This document shows, piece by piece, positions 28,001-39,300 of a stretch of DNA of 64,000 bases. The translations under genes were made by a program, and so were the position numbers. The stretch covers positions 1 through 64,000 of the forward strand of contig MQRK01193570.1 of NCBI GenBank assembly GCA_001938485.1, in the 5' to 3' direction. Positions within the stretch are counted from its first letter, which is position 1. The number at the start of each line of letters is the position of its first letter. The stretch comes from Girardia tigrina (lineage: Eukaryota). Below the pieces are notes generated by a model. The model was not told the origin of the DNA and ran no database searches. It worked only from the letters and a program-made list of their open reading frames with translations.

Positions 28001-31000
28001 TGTAAATTTAACAAAATAAAAAATGAAAAAAACAAAAACAGAAAATTTTTGGTGCTCGTATTACCTAAAATATGAGATTAAATTTTTTTGCCAATTTATG
28101 AATCATTCATTAACGTTTCGGTAGTAAATATATACCATAGAATAAGATTTCATGAAAGTATTTCAATTTTTATAATACGTACTGTTATAATTCTTTATAT
28201 TTTAAATGATAAAATGTGTATATCTTTTTAGAACTCACCAAACAATTGGAAGTTTGTGCAATGTGTACAGTTGTTTTTTTTGACAATTAATTGGCAAAAA
28301 AACGATACCAATATCTTGACAACCCGAATAATTAGTGAAGCTGAAACTACAGTTTTGAAATTTATAACTTTCAACGCTTAGATATAACGATATCACGTTT
28401 GGGTATTAAAATTTTAATTAATCTTAAATCTGAAGTAATCAATTGTGAAAAAGAATTAAACAGGAAGTTATTAATATATGTTATCTGTAAAATAATATAA
28501 AAGTATAAATTATCTAGAAAAAAATACTATAAACGGCGCATTTTGTGTATTTTATAATTCATTTTGAAGTATATTTACGCAATATGCATCTGTTTATTTA
28601 TTTGAAATACAGCAAAACTTAATTTTGAAGATGAGTAAAATAATCGAGTATTTAATTATATAGTAACAATTTGTTACCATATGAAACAAAATAATTATTT
28701 TATTCGCTCATTGGTGATAATAACCATTTAAGGATGAAGATCTTTTGAGACGCTTTTGGATTATTATTTCCATATTCAAAAGACTAATCCCTGCAAGCAT
28801 CCGCATGAATCTCTTCATTAGAAATTCCTGACTTGTTCTTGTTTATATGCACTGAGTGAAAGAAAGAAAGATTTGATTGTGTAATGGATAAATTCAGAAT
28901 TAAAGTAAGATAAGAGAAATAGTTTTTTAATTTACTTCTCAGAAAAAAATAATTTACATTTTCAAAAAGAATAATTTTATTTATGAAAAAGCAATATTTT
29001 ATAAGATTTTATTTTTCAAATAACATTTATGGTTAAAAAAGAAAATAAGATTTAAACAAATAATCATGTATTATATTCTTAGTTAACAAACAATGGAAAA
29101 AAATATTCTTTCAACTAAGACTAATTATTATTTTAAAGAAATACAATAAACATTGAATTAACAAAATAAAAATGTAATGTTGCTAACTATAATTATTTAA
29201 AAATTGCAGATTCAAAACTTTATCCTCATGATTGATTTATTGTGGAAAAAAGGTTGCTCTACTGATAACAGTAAAATGCATAGACAATTACTTTCAGAAT
29301 AAGTGAGTTTCGTTCCGTAAAACTCTTGTTGTTTAAAAGTATAATTTAGCAAGGCTACTACTATTTTACGTTGCTTATAGGAACAGTAGTTGGTAGTTTT
29401 CGTCTCTTTTGAATGTATCAATGTAACACAATAAATCACACCAAGATCATAATTTGAATTTTATAAAATTAAAATTATTTTTCCTCTTCAACTTTAATCA
29501 AGATATGAAATACATTTAAAGTTATTTGATTTATATCAAAATGCATAAATATTTAAGTTAAAAAATTAAATTACAAATTATATATGCACATTCCAGTTGA
29601 TTAGAGACAATGCTACGTAGTAATCCATAAGTTTAAAATATAAAGCCGCTGCTGTCATAATAAATAAGATGTGAAATAATTACGTACAACAAATTATCCT
29701 TTTAAGGTATGACATTATTGTGAAATAAAATGTTGAAATATATTTTTTCTTAATTTTGTACTCAAGAATTCAGGATTTATGAAAACATTAATTTAACTGT
29801 TAGTTAGAGGGACTAAAAGCATCAAAACTTCAGTTTTACTGTTTTTTATTATGAAAAATGAGCAAATAAATTAAAATTTAGCTTGTCAAGAACTTTCAAA
29901 ATTTTTATTCAAACAAAAAATTTTAACTAATTGTTAACATTATTACATTTTAAATATATTCGATGGTATTTTAAATACGATGGTATATTACATTCGGATA
30001 ACTAAAACGTAATCAACCATCAGATTTAGGATAAAACAACACCAAGTAAAATATGTTCAACACACCATATAAAATATTACTCCATACTTATTGCTGAATG
30101 TCGTATATATCTCTTAAATCAAAAAGCTTCTCATCTCGTACTGTTTTTGAATTCATTACAAATATAAATAACTTTAACAATTTTTATTCCTGTGTTTGAT
30201 CAGGTCTTGTAACCATTATTATTTATGTGAAAATTAAATAGTGTACATATAATTTATTAGAAAAAAATAAAAATTGTGAAATCTCGCCAACATTCGAGTA
30301 CTACGAGAAAAGACAATATCGACGATGATTATACACAAGGGCAGAAGTTATTAAAACTATGATTCATTGAGTATCAAATGTGTTACGTGCCGAAAAAGCG
30401 ACATAATTCACTGAAACTTATTAAACCAGATAAAATTTAACAAATGTTTTAATAAAGAATCATAAATTATTATCGCAGTTTTCATCTCATCAAAAATACG
30501 TTTCTTTATTCTTATTTTTAGAATGTCTCGTGTATACAGACACGGGTCTGTATGTACGATAGTAACTCCGATGGATTCAGAAAAAAATATTCATATTGTT
30601 TCGTGAAATGACTTGAAAAAAGGATTTCTTTAAAGAGAACATTTTCTAAATAATTTTACTTCTAAAGCATTATGTTTGAACTAAAAGCAGATATTATTTT
30701 TTGTAATATAATATGTGTATACTTGAATATGATAAAAAGTATAAAATAGAATCTTACGTAATAAAATTGTGAACACTTTTTAAATTATTTTTCTACCTCT
30801 TCCTATTTTATCTGTACTTCTTTCTACAAATGTAATTCTGCTTTAGATTTTTAAAAATTTTTTGTACTTATATACTTGAGTTGAATGAATAAGATTTCTA
30901 TTGCTTTTTACAAATGTATTCTTAAAAGATCTAATATCATTTGGTTACAAAAACTAAGTCGTCAAATTAAAAATTCTAACTTGTTCCTTCTAAAGCAAGG

Positions 31001-33708
31001 CTTTTTCAAGATTTTTTTTCTAGGAATAAAATAAATTAAAAAAACCCAAAGTTGAGTTACGCCTTTTTTTAACATATTAAGTTGATAAATGTGAATCTAT
31101 GTAACTCTTTAATATGAGATCATAATAAACCATAATTTAATAAAATCAGATAATTATCTAGACAACTATTAGGATGATGCATAATTATTACGATTTTTCG
31201 CAATGTTCAAAATTGGTGCTTTGTTTATTTTCTTTATTAAAATAATTTATTTCTTACAGTTACTTAAAAAGTGTATTGAAAATTATATCATTCATACTAT
31301 ATTGTGCCCTACCACATCGAGAAACTTTGAAATGCAGCCCATTCATTTCACGATTTTAAGTAATTTTTGGTGAAGGAACAGTAAATAAAAGCTTATTTGA
31401 TAAGCATCAAGAAATTCAAATAGCTCGATAGAAATCTTTCAGAAAAAAAGCAAGAGATCAATTATAAATTTTCAATGACCGGGCAGCTTAAAAAGGAAAA
31501 TGATAGCCAAATATTTCAAGGTAGTACTATCGTTTGTCGTTTCAAAAACAATAAAGACGAATGTTTTATATTATTCCCCGATTTATTATATTAGAACAAG
31601 TAAACTCCGTTCCTTTCCATAATGAAAGGAGTTTACTGTAAGAAGGCAATGTGGTGGTTTTGGTCGGATAGAAGTAGAATTATTATTGGAAAATTATCTC
31701 AAATGTTTTTTTTTATTTGTTGAATCACGAAGGTAAAATTCGACAGTGGTCGATTTCGAACAAAAACGGCAATTAAATATCGTTATGGATGTCTATTCTA
31801 ACTAAACTTCACAATATTTACTCTATAATCGAAATGGAAAGATCTCGTAAAAAGAACCATTTCATCTTGTGTCACAAGAATGTATATCAACAAAATTGAG
31901 GGTCCTATTTGAAAATCTATCACTAATAAAGTTTTGATACTGCTTTTTTAAATGGAATTATCTCATAGAAACAGGTACAGCTGGCGAACAAAGCTTACGA
32001 AAACTTACATCAATTAGTGACCACTGTCAAAACGTATATAGCATCAAAGAAAAGGAACATTAGGAAACAGTAATTGAAATAAAAATGGTGAATATGCCCC
32101 ATACAGGCGCGTACGCAGAAAAAATATTTTGGGGGGGATACAATATTGCATAATACTTGTTTTCTTTTTCAAGTTTTTATTTTTACAGTTAAAAAAATTA
32201 AATTCATTATTATTAAAATAATTAAATTTATAATACCATCGAAATACTACTAGAACAATGTTTTATGTTTTGAAGAAGAAAAATTTCTATACTCTACAAA
32301 ACTTTAGGTAATTAAGATCATAATTTAAATTTTTCGGGGGTGGATTTTCTTAAATTTGCAAAATATTAATTATTTTGGATAGTTCAAATTTTAAAATGTT
32401 TAACATTTTAGCGTATTCTTACGCAATTAACATCATAATTCAAACTTGTCGGGGGGGGGGTTTATCCCCTTAATCCCCCTGTGTACGCGCCTGGCTCCAG
32501 AGTAGGTAGGTGAAACATCGAACTATGCGCGAAACACTACAACCAACACCTACTATATATCTCTGAAGAAGAAATTCAAAGAGATGGCACTGCCGAACAT
32601 CAGGCAGGCAACAGCACCTAGTTGACTCTCTTGGAGAGCCCAACTCTTTGCCGTCAGCGCGACAAAGGCAGATTTAAAATCGCTGAAATATGGAGCCCTT
32701 TCTGATTTCGATTGGAAATGCGCTTGCATTTAATTTGAATTGCACCTGAGACGTGTGTTTAAATTTTAAAAAAAAAAGTAAAAAATTTGTCAAATAAATG
32801 CCACAATATAATTATTCCTAAAGGTTTGAAAAGTAATGAACTAAAAATCTTTATAATTAATACGTTTATAATTCAATATAAACATGAGTTTTGTAGAACC
32901 TTCTAAACCCATGATAGAAAATAACAATATTATCTCTCTACATGATTACATGCTATATATACATGGTTTACACCTTAATTTAATCTCGTTAAACTTTAAT
33001 TTAATCCACCTATTAAAATATTTTAGGTATTTTGAAAATATTAAAAATATATTTTTCTATCAAAATTCTGCTCTTTGAATACCTTTAACAGCAAATAGTT
33101 TCATATGCCAGAAATAATTTTTCATATCTTTTTCTGTCATTGTAAGAGAAGTGCGATTGATTGCAAGCATTAATTCTCCTCTGTTGCTACAATTATGGTT
33201 TTTAATATTATTTTTCCAATCGGAAAACACTTCAATGGAATTTAATTGCGGACTATAAGAGGGTAAAAATAACAGCTCATGTCCATACCCAGAAACCAAA
33301 TCTTTTACAACATCCCCTTTGTATATGGCACAATTATCTAAAATAATTTTATAATTTGAGATACCGCTATCATGCAACATCAAGCATAATAGATTCAAAT
33401 AAATGAGAAAACTTTCTGTTATAAGACTCTCTTTAATTTCAAAATACCAAATTTTTGTTTTGGAAATTGCTGCCAAAACAGAAAAAAATTAAATCTTATG
33501 GTTCTTATATTTTTTATTGGAACAGATCCGAGTATACTCCAACTATGTAAATAACAAAAAAATCTACAATTTATAGTATAGATTTTTAAATACACACATT
33601 TTAAAGCAAAATAAATTAAACTTTAAAGTGGATTAAATTAAAGTTTAATGAGATCAAATTAAGGTGTAAACCCTGTAAATTTTTATAAGAATAATTTTAT
33701 GACTGATA

Positions 33709-33747
<39 letters not shown>

Positions 33748-34022
33748 GCCGATTTCGTGAATTAGGAAAGATATTTTGCTGAATTCACTAACTATATGAA
33801 AACTTTTCAATGAAAAACGAAAGATTATATATGTAATCTGAACATTTCTCAATTAAAATTAAAAAATTATCAATTCAATATGAAAAAATAACAATTTAAT
33901 ATGAAAAATATATTATTATCATAATTTTTTCATTTTAAATGCAGAATTTTTAAAATTAATTTCACAATTGATTTAAAACATATTTTTGTTTAGTTCATGA
34001 ATTCGGCAATTCCAAAGATTCG

Positions 34023-34062
<40 letters not shown>

Positions 34063-35536
34063 ATAAGCAAAATAAATACTTATTGATAAAAATTACTTCT
34101 AATGATTTACAAAACCGCTTTCTCATTCTGTCTTGCATTTTTTCCAAAGAAAATGAGCACCTTGTGCCTTCACGACAAAACCGTATTAAATATAATCCAA
34201 AAGTCACTGCGTTTGTTAAATCCATTCTCTCATCAAAATAATGTATTAAAACTTGATTAAGAGCCATATCGAAACAAGCCAAACTAATTCCATGAAGATC
34301 TATCGACACTTTCTTTCTCAACTTCCCAACTCGCGAACCGGAATTATTCATATCACTACAACTACTGATACTACTCGATGTCACTCCGTGATCCGACCCA
34401 TCAAACCCATGGTTATTAGTCAGTCTCGATATTTTCAACGGTCTATTTGTCGACGAATTCAGAAAATGTTTAATTTTAATATCCTGATTAGAATTCATTG
34501 ACAAATCTTTATAAAAATACGAATAATAATCTCCAATACTAATAATATCGCCCGACCGTAACGGAACCCGATCGGACACTTCAATGCCATTCACAGTCAC
34601 CAATAAATCGGGAATCTGACAAACGTTCTCAACAAACACCACACCCGATTCCTCGCTATCGAGTCCGGTTTTCGAGAAAACACAGATATTCTGATCGGGA
34701 TATTGATGATATTCTTGTAAAATGATCGCCGAATTCGATCCCGGTGATCCGAATTCGAGTACAGAATTAATAACCAACATTAAATTCTGATCATCGGATT
34801 CGTCACCTTTCAGAGTCAATAAATGAGGAGTTTTTGGAGTTTTAATCGACATTCGTCGTCTCGGCACGACAGGAGGAGCGGCTTGTGTTTCAGTCTGAGT
34901 GGATTTCGAGTCGCAATCGTTGTTACTTTTTTGGGAAATCGTCGACGACGAATCGTGATTATTGTAGAGCGGGAGAAACAAATCGGAATCCGTGTTAATC
35001 GAATCACACGACGACATTTGATGATTCTTCTCGACAAGACACAACTCGAATCGCCGACAAAATCCGACCATCGGTTTCCAATAATTCAAAACCGTCAACA
35101 GATAATCGGCATTCATCAACGTTCGGCGATTTTGTTCGATAAAAATCGATGGTTGTCCTCGAGTAGCGAGTTTTTTCGTCGTACTTCCGTCTTTGGCTAG
35201 TAAAATACACCGTCCGATTGCCTCAACCAACACCAATTGATCGACGGATTTATTCAATCGGAGAATTTTGATCATTTTATCGATCGTCTGAAGAACCGTC
35301 GTCCGGGAACAAAATTCCATCGATTTATAATTGACCATCGGGTCGATTGATTGGCAGAAAATTCTGACGAGTTTCTTATTGAACGGATCGATAGACAATT
35401 CGACATTGGCGCTTCCTTTACTGTGAAGAAAATCAATTTGCGAAGCATTCCAATAGTGAGACGCCGATTGGAACATTGGTGATTTATCTTTCTTTTTAAA
35501 ACCAAATTTGAAGGGTTTTTTAGTTTCATTCATCAT
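6373..35536 (-). CDS. RADIL: RADIL/RASIP1-family Rap effector (RA, FHA, DIL, start of PDZ); join of 34097-35536, 26763-26948, 22187-22418, 17502-17665, 15250-15394, 11145-11300, 10941-11101, 6373-7035; 3' end missing
   Basis: All 7 internal junctions GT-AG with matching phases (0,0,1,0,1,1,0); 3147 nt open; RA motif NYKS...WKPMVGFCRRFEL, PHLLTLKG, DIL motif FNWQKGVQISSQVEKFENW, PDZ start IEVTLSKSPSESYGITLADG. Confidence 0.85.
7935..7953. repeat. (AT)n microsatellite next to the large palindrome
   Basis: Visible. Confidence 0.9.
7953..8293. repeat. Near-perfect palindrome: 169-bp arms, 3-nt loop (8122-8124)
   Basis: Arms pair base for base except one mismatch (gagat/gaggt); contains the Tc1 left end and its flank. 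Confidence 0.95.
8164..9472 (-). mobile_element. Full-length Tc1 (DD34E) element, inactive
   Basis: TIRs CAGTATGATTCATAAGTCTGTT, TA TSDs; transposase 9285 to about 8280 with frameshifts; GRP, VIFSD, QDLAPPH...NSPDANPIE with 34-residue spacing and an in-frame stop. Confidence 0.95.
9480..10400 (-). mobile_element. Heavily decayed LTR-retrotransposon (Gypsy-like) pol remnant
   Basis: Coding-like composition with faint RT/RNase H-like stretches; many stops. Confidence 0.3.
10941..11101 (-). CDS. RADIL: RADIL-like exon 7
   Basis: ctAG acceptor 11103-11102, GTaatt donor 10940; GMGENFQWMSLPKPQ...ILANG. Confidence 0.8.
11145..11300 (-). CDS. RADIL: RADIL-like exon 6
   Basis: acAG acceptor 11302-11301, GTtagt donor 11144; VVDVLRQYLQSADTFTL...SELI. 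Confidence 0.8.
12002..13027. mobile_element. pogo/Tigger-type MITE (CAGTA...TACTG, TA TSD) interrupted by a hAT element
   Basis: Imperfect TIRs cagtaagtattgcctaaat / atatagacaatatctactg flanked by TA. Confidence 0.6.
12036..12884 (-). mobile_element. Internally deleted hAT (Buster/Charlie-type) element
   Basis: Perfect 8-bp TSD GTCTATAT (12028-12035, 12885-12892); ends CATGGGTGGGCA / TGGTCACCCCTG; transposase piece FSLQSDKSTDDIDTTRL...KEEFLPILPMKGTTREEDIF. Confidence 0.9.
14235..15140 (+). mobile_element. pogo/Tc2-type DDE_1 transposase pseudogene
   Basis: IGKMDKTPLCFD, RTTGYEK, KLKPILIFK, KGWINDE, VWDQLRVH, IPGGLTSVL; stops and frameshifts. Confidence 0.85.
15250..15394 (-). CDS. RADIL: RADIL-like exon 5 (end of DIL domain)
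   Basis: ttAG acceptor 15396-15395, GTaatt donor 15249; MNWKRLRKNFSKVPVSVLSQFL. Confidence 0.85.
15570..16290 (-). mobile_element. Gypsy-like gag remnant with a CCHC zinc knuckle
   Basis: Minus translation KCYSCGVSEHFALEC (C-X2-C-X4-H-X4-C) at 15717-15758 inside a GC-richer block. Confidence 0.65.
17502..17665 (-). CDS. RADIL: RADIL-like exon 4 (DIL domain)
   Basis: ttcAG acceptor 17667-17666, GTatgg donor 17501; DMKTFNWQKGVQISSQVEKFENW. Confidence 0.9.
17963..18179. mobile_element. piggyBac-type MITE
   Basis: TTAA-CCC...GGG-TTAA with about 10/14 matching terminal inverted bases. Confidence 0.5.
20380..20720 (-). mobile_element. Decayed mariner transposase fragment
   Basis: LDRISISE..KRNEIDKFLK and LLFVWWNSKGII, spread over frames. 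Confidence 0.55.
21165..21680 (-). mobile_element. Decayed mariner transposase fragment
   Basis: LHEKARIH (HDNARPH-like) and P*SPELSPSNHH (YSPDLAPSDYH-like). Confidence 0.6.
21690..21885 (+). mobile_element. Decayed mariner transposase fragment, opposite strand to its neighbour
   Basis: [16 protein letters not shown]. Confidence 0.65.
22187..22418 (-). CDS. RADIL: RADIL-like exon 3
   Basis: ttcAG acceptor 22420-22419, GTaaac donor 22186; SAQNHCVCFWEENPLL...VMQTLS. Confidence 0.85.
23668..24374. mobile_element. MITE with about 55-bp TIRs (CACTCTTATTC...) and TA TSD
   Basis: tacactcttattc...gaaaatattcgtttttatatagaaattattaa is inverted at 24321-24376. Confidence 0.8.
24504..25466 (+). mobile_element. 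Solo-LTR-like insert related to family B (TGTGAGAAGT...CCTCATCGTA)
   Basis: 5-bp TSD ATGAT at 24499-24503 and 25467-25471; both ends resemble family B. Confidence 0.7.
25564..25958. mobile_element. Tc2/pogo-type MITE
   Basis: Imperfect TIRs tcgtattatcatgcagataag / ctcatctgcgcgttaatacgg; internal tgcgacttat repeats. Confidence 0.6.
26200..26360 (+). mobile_element. Penelope-like RT fragment
   Basis: NINFIIEPGFNNELFFLDVLVKR...TYIYRK matches the PLE pattern FT.E.E.N..LPFLDV...T.VYRK. Confidence 0.7.
26763..26948 (-). CDS. RADIL: RADIL-like exon 2
   Basis: tttAG acceptor 26950-26949, GTatta donor 26762; 186 nt, phase 0-0. Confidence 0.8.
27344..27975. repeat. About 60-bp direct repeat (27344-27404 and 27916-27975)
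   Basis: ggtacttgaaaaacaaatacttggtataacaaacaagaaga.ataatttaa.cagacgaaa occurs twice. Confidence 0.85.
32104..32493. mobile_element. hAT-type MITE
   Basis: TIRs CAGGCGCGTACGCAG / CTGTGTACGCGCCTG; degenerate 8-bp TSD GCCCCATA/GCTCCAGA. Confidence 0.8.
32962..33675 (-). mobile_element. Deleted IS630/Tc1-type (DDE_3) element
   Basis: About 48-bp TIRs with TA TSD; ORF 33060-33476 IILDNCAIYK...FLPSYSPQLNSIE. Confidence 0.85.
33710..33744. repeat. (TA)n microsatellite
   Basis: Visible. Confidence 0.95.
34027..34058. repeat. (TA)n microsatellite at the start of RADIL-like intron 1
   Basis: Visible; explains the IYIYIY tail of the 513-aa ORF. Confidence 0.95.
34097..35536 (-). CDS. RADIL: RADIL-like exon 1 (RA and FHA domains, 480 codons)
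   Basis: ORF 33995-35536 up to donor GAA|GTaatt at 34096; FHA-like VTVNGIEVSDRVPLRSGDIISIGDYY. Confidence 0.9.
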
Positions 35537-36051
35537 ATGATTATCTTTGTAATTTGAGAATTATGAAATTCGTTCAAATTTGAAAAAGTTTTTGTTTTAA
35601 TCCATTAATGCGCATACATACAGTAATTTTAACAGTACACACAATCAATTTGTAACACACGTAACAGTGTAAGACACAACAATCGATATCATCTGATAAT
35701 GTTGAGTTTGTATATTGTCTTAATCTCTCCATTAATCATATTACGAGAACAAAAACTAACATACACACAAACTCACTAACTAAATATAGAATATCAATCG
35801 TAATCAATACTTTTTAAATTATAACTCTATCAACATTTTCAAATTTGAAATTAATTTTCTTATAAATTTAATTTCAAATTCGATAATAATTTTTATCAAA
35901 AAAACTACTATTAATTTGTGCAATTATGCAAATAATTTTTTTTTACTTAAACTTAAATAAATTAGTAAGAAAAAAATAATTTTGTTTTAATATTCATTTT
36001 TGGTGGAAATTTAAAATCGTATTATTGTTGAAAATAAATTTTCACAAACAA
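35537..36051. promoter_or_regulatory. Probable bidirectional promoter and 5' UTRs shared by RADIL-like and MED7
   Basis: Divergent ATGs about 515 bp apart with no recognisable transposon between them. Confidence 0.6.
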
Positions 36052-36306
36052 ATGATGCAACAATTTCCCGGCAATTTCAGTCAACAAGATTGTCAAAATG
36101 CTCCACAACGAACACCGTTTCCTCTGCCACCGATGTCATATGTGATGAAATACTCCAATGCGGCTGTGTCCAATGGAACGGCACCGGCACCACCGCCAAT
36201 TCCCACACAATCGTCGGTGATTGTCACTTTCGGGGAGCCGTGTTTAAAGGACGAGCATATAATACGATCGCTAGAAAGTCAAGGACAACATCGATTATAT
36301 CCACAA
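36052..36306 (+). CDS. MED7: MED7 exon 1
   Basis: ATG 36052, donor CAA|GTaaat at 36307. Confidence 0.9.
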
Positions 36307-39300
36307 GTAAATTTTGTTCAAAGGAAAGATTTTATTTTAATGACGAAATATCAAAAAAATAGTTTGGTCGTGAAAATGAAAATTTTAAGATATAAAAATA
36401 TGACCTTATTATACCATTTTTTCATTTCAAAACGTTTTTTTAGGATTGAACTTGGTAATTTTTAAAAATATTTTTTAATTCAATAATGTAATTAATATGA
36501 AAAAAATATCAAAAATTATGAAATTAATAATAAAAATTCTGCATTTAATTTTTAAAATTTGTAACAGTTGTGAACAACATCCCAAAATATATTTATTAGA
36601 TCTTGAATTACATTATTCATTTAGATATCGAGAAGTTAAACATATGAAAATTATGTAGAAATTCTTTAAAAAAAACATTCTTTTATTCTATAATGTCCAT
36701 TTAACAATAAAAAAATTCGTATTTTTTTCATAAATTTTTCAATTAATCAAAATATTTTATTAAAAAATTAATAAAAATAAATAAATATTTTTAAAAATTG
36801 AATTTTTGTTTTTTTTAAATTAAAAAAAGTTCGACACTAAAAATTATTTCAAAAATATCATAAATCTTATTATTAAGAACACCAATTTGACTTTTTATAT
36901 TTTTATTTAAACAACAATTTTGATTGTCCTCAAGACAATCTTTGTCAAAGCTTTCGTACGAGTGCATTCTAAACAAAATTGATTAATGAATTAATTCTCA
37001 TTATTTTTTAGCAAATGGGGAAATAAATATTTTAATAAAATATTCACTCAAAACTTATTGGATAATAATTAAAATGAATATTAATTATTTAAAAAATATT
37101 AATTTGATTTATTTATTAAAAATTGTAAAAACTAATTAACTTATTTAAAATTGTAAAATTATTTGAAATTAAAAATAAATTTAAACATTATATATTTTTA
37201 GATAATAAGAATTCACATATTGATCATCCATTTGGGTAGGAGAGACACAATTCCAAATCAACATACAACATTCAAACATCAAACATTCAAAATATTCCTC
37301 ACACTTATAATAATAAATATGAAGCATAATTTAAATAATTTAATGGAAAAATATAAAAGTATAAAAAATCAACTTTTTTATTTTTAAAATTGTTTATTTC
37401 CATAATTTCAATATCCATTTTTATTAGCAAATGAATACATAATATTAACGAATGGAAAATAAAATTGTCTCTCAATTATTCTTTAAAATTTTAATATTAG
37501 TTTGGCAAATATGAAGCGGGCGTTGAATGAAAGTAAAAAACGTAAAGCGCTAATTTAAATATTATTTATTTTATTCAATTGAAATAATTACCATGTGCAT
37601 CTGCGACTTTTTGCCAAACTGGGCAAATCATATATACCTTTTTGAAAAAAATCCTTATTTTTTGAGTTAATAAACAACTCAATGTCTTTTATAATTATTC
37701 ACAACATCAATATGAGTTTTGCAACATTTATTATTATCACAAGCGCATTCACTATTTGACATCTCTCTTGATCAATATTTTTCTGAGTTCACACTAATTA
37801 TTTTCAATAAATGAAAATCTGTTAATAAACATTATTAATTATAAAGAATCTAATTGGTTGAAATCAAATCTAAACATTTTTAAAAAAGAACTTATTAAAT
37901 TAATATAATAAAGTTTTAAATTATTTAAATTATAATAAAAATTAAATAATACATTCAAAAATTATTTTAAATCTTTTTACTTTAAAATTAAATTAAATTA
38001 TTTTTAATTTTTCCTCATAATAATATCATTTTGATTATTGTATTTTTATTTCTCTTAAAAATAATTCATAATTTCGAAAAAGGCAGTAATCGGTCGGTGA
38101 AATATCAGGTGAATATGTAGGATGTAGTAAAATTTCATATTGTAGAGAATTTAATTTGTCAACAGTAATCGAAGCTTTGTGGGGTCTTGCGTTATCGTGC
38201 AATAAAATGGGGCCGTACCGATTGAGCAATGCTGGTTGTTTTTTTAAGTTTCTCATGCATGACATCAATTTCATGACAATAAGACATCGCTGTTATAGTT
38301 TCTCCTGGTTGTAGAAAGGAATAATGGATCACTCCTTGGACATTCCACCATATGGTGACCATAATTTTTTTATGAAATTTCGATTTCGGGATATGTCCTG
38401 GGTGTGTATTCTTATCTACCAATTGGCTTGATCGTTTTCGATTGTCATACAAAATCCACTTTTCATCACAAGTGATGATTTGGTGTAAAAATGGCAACCG
38501 AGTATTTCGAAGTAACAAAGATGCGCACTTGCTTTTTCGATCGATCATCTGCAGTTCCGTCAATTCGTGTGGCACATATGAATCCATTTTTTTACTTTAT
38601 TTATTGCACGCAAATGTTTTTACACAGCTGTATGACTAGTTCCTAGTTTGGACCCAAGTTCTCGAATTGTTGTGTGTGGATCGGATTCCAAAGTTGTTCT
38701 TAATTCCTCATGATCAATATGGGTCTGTGGTCTACCTCGAGGCTCATTAAAGATACTCAAATTCCCAGAATGAAATTTTTGGAACCAATATCGAGCATTT
38801 TTTTCATTGGTTGATCCATCTCCGAATGCCTGATTAATATTTCTTGAAGCTTGAGCTGCTGTATGATTTAATTTAAACTCGTACAAAAAGTGTAGATGCA
38901 AATCGCGTTTTGTTTCCATTTGGTTTAGGATAAAAATAAAATAAAAATGGGCTACCAACACAAAAAAAACTTTACAAAATGAGTAAGAAAAATACCTTTA
39001 AGCTTCATAAATAAAAATATTGAAATATCACAGATGAACACAGATTAAACAAAAAACGCCCGTTTCATAGTTTCCAACTTAATATATTTAAATCAACAAA
39101 TGTTGAAAAAAATACTAATAGGGTAAATTTAGCCCGGTTTTAGACATCTTTTTGATGTTCTTGTCGTGATGGGATTACACCTTAGATGTGTGATTAAATT
39201 AAATTAAACTAAAGTAAAAAATCTAAAATTAAAACACAAAACCTATCACGTAGTATGTTAAAACGTCATGTCTATTATAAAATGTATGTTGCTGTATCTC

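Noticed and set aside
28720-28855. Candidate minus-strand exon after ctttcactcAG
   Set aside because: Stops in all three frames.
31250-31720. Possible further mariner remnant
   Set aside because: Too decayed to show a catalytic motif or ends with confidence.
34253-35529. Short ORFs overlapping RADIL exon 1 (34253, 34816, 34823, 35004, 35272)
   Set aside because: Shadow frames of a GC-richer exon with no motifs.
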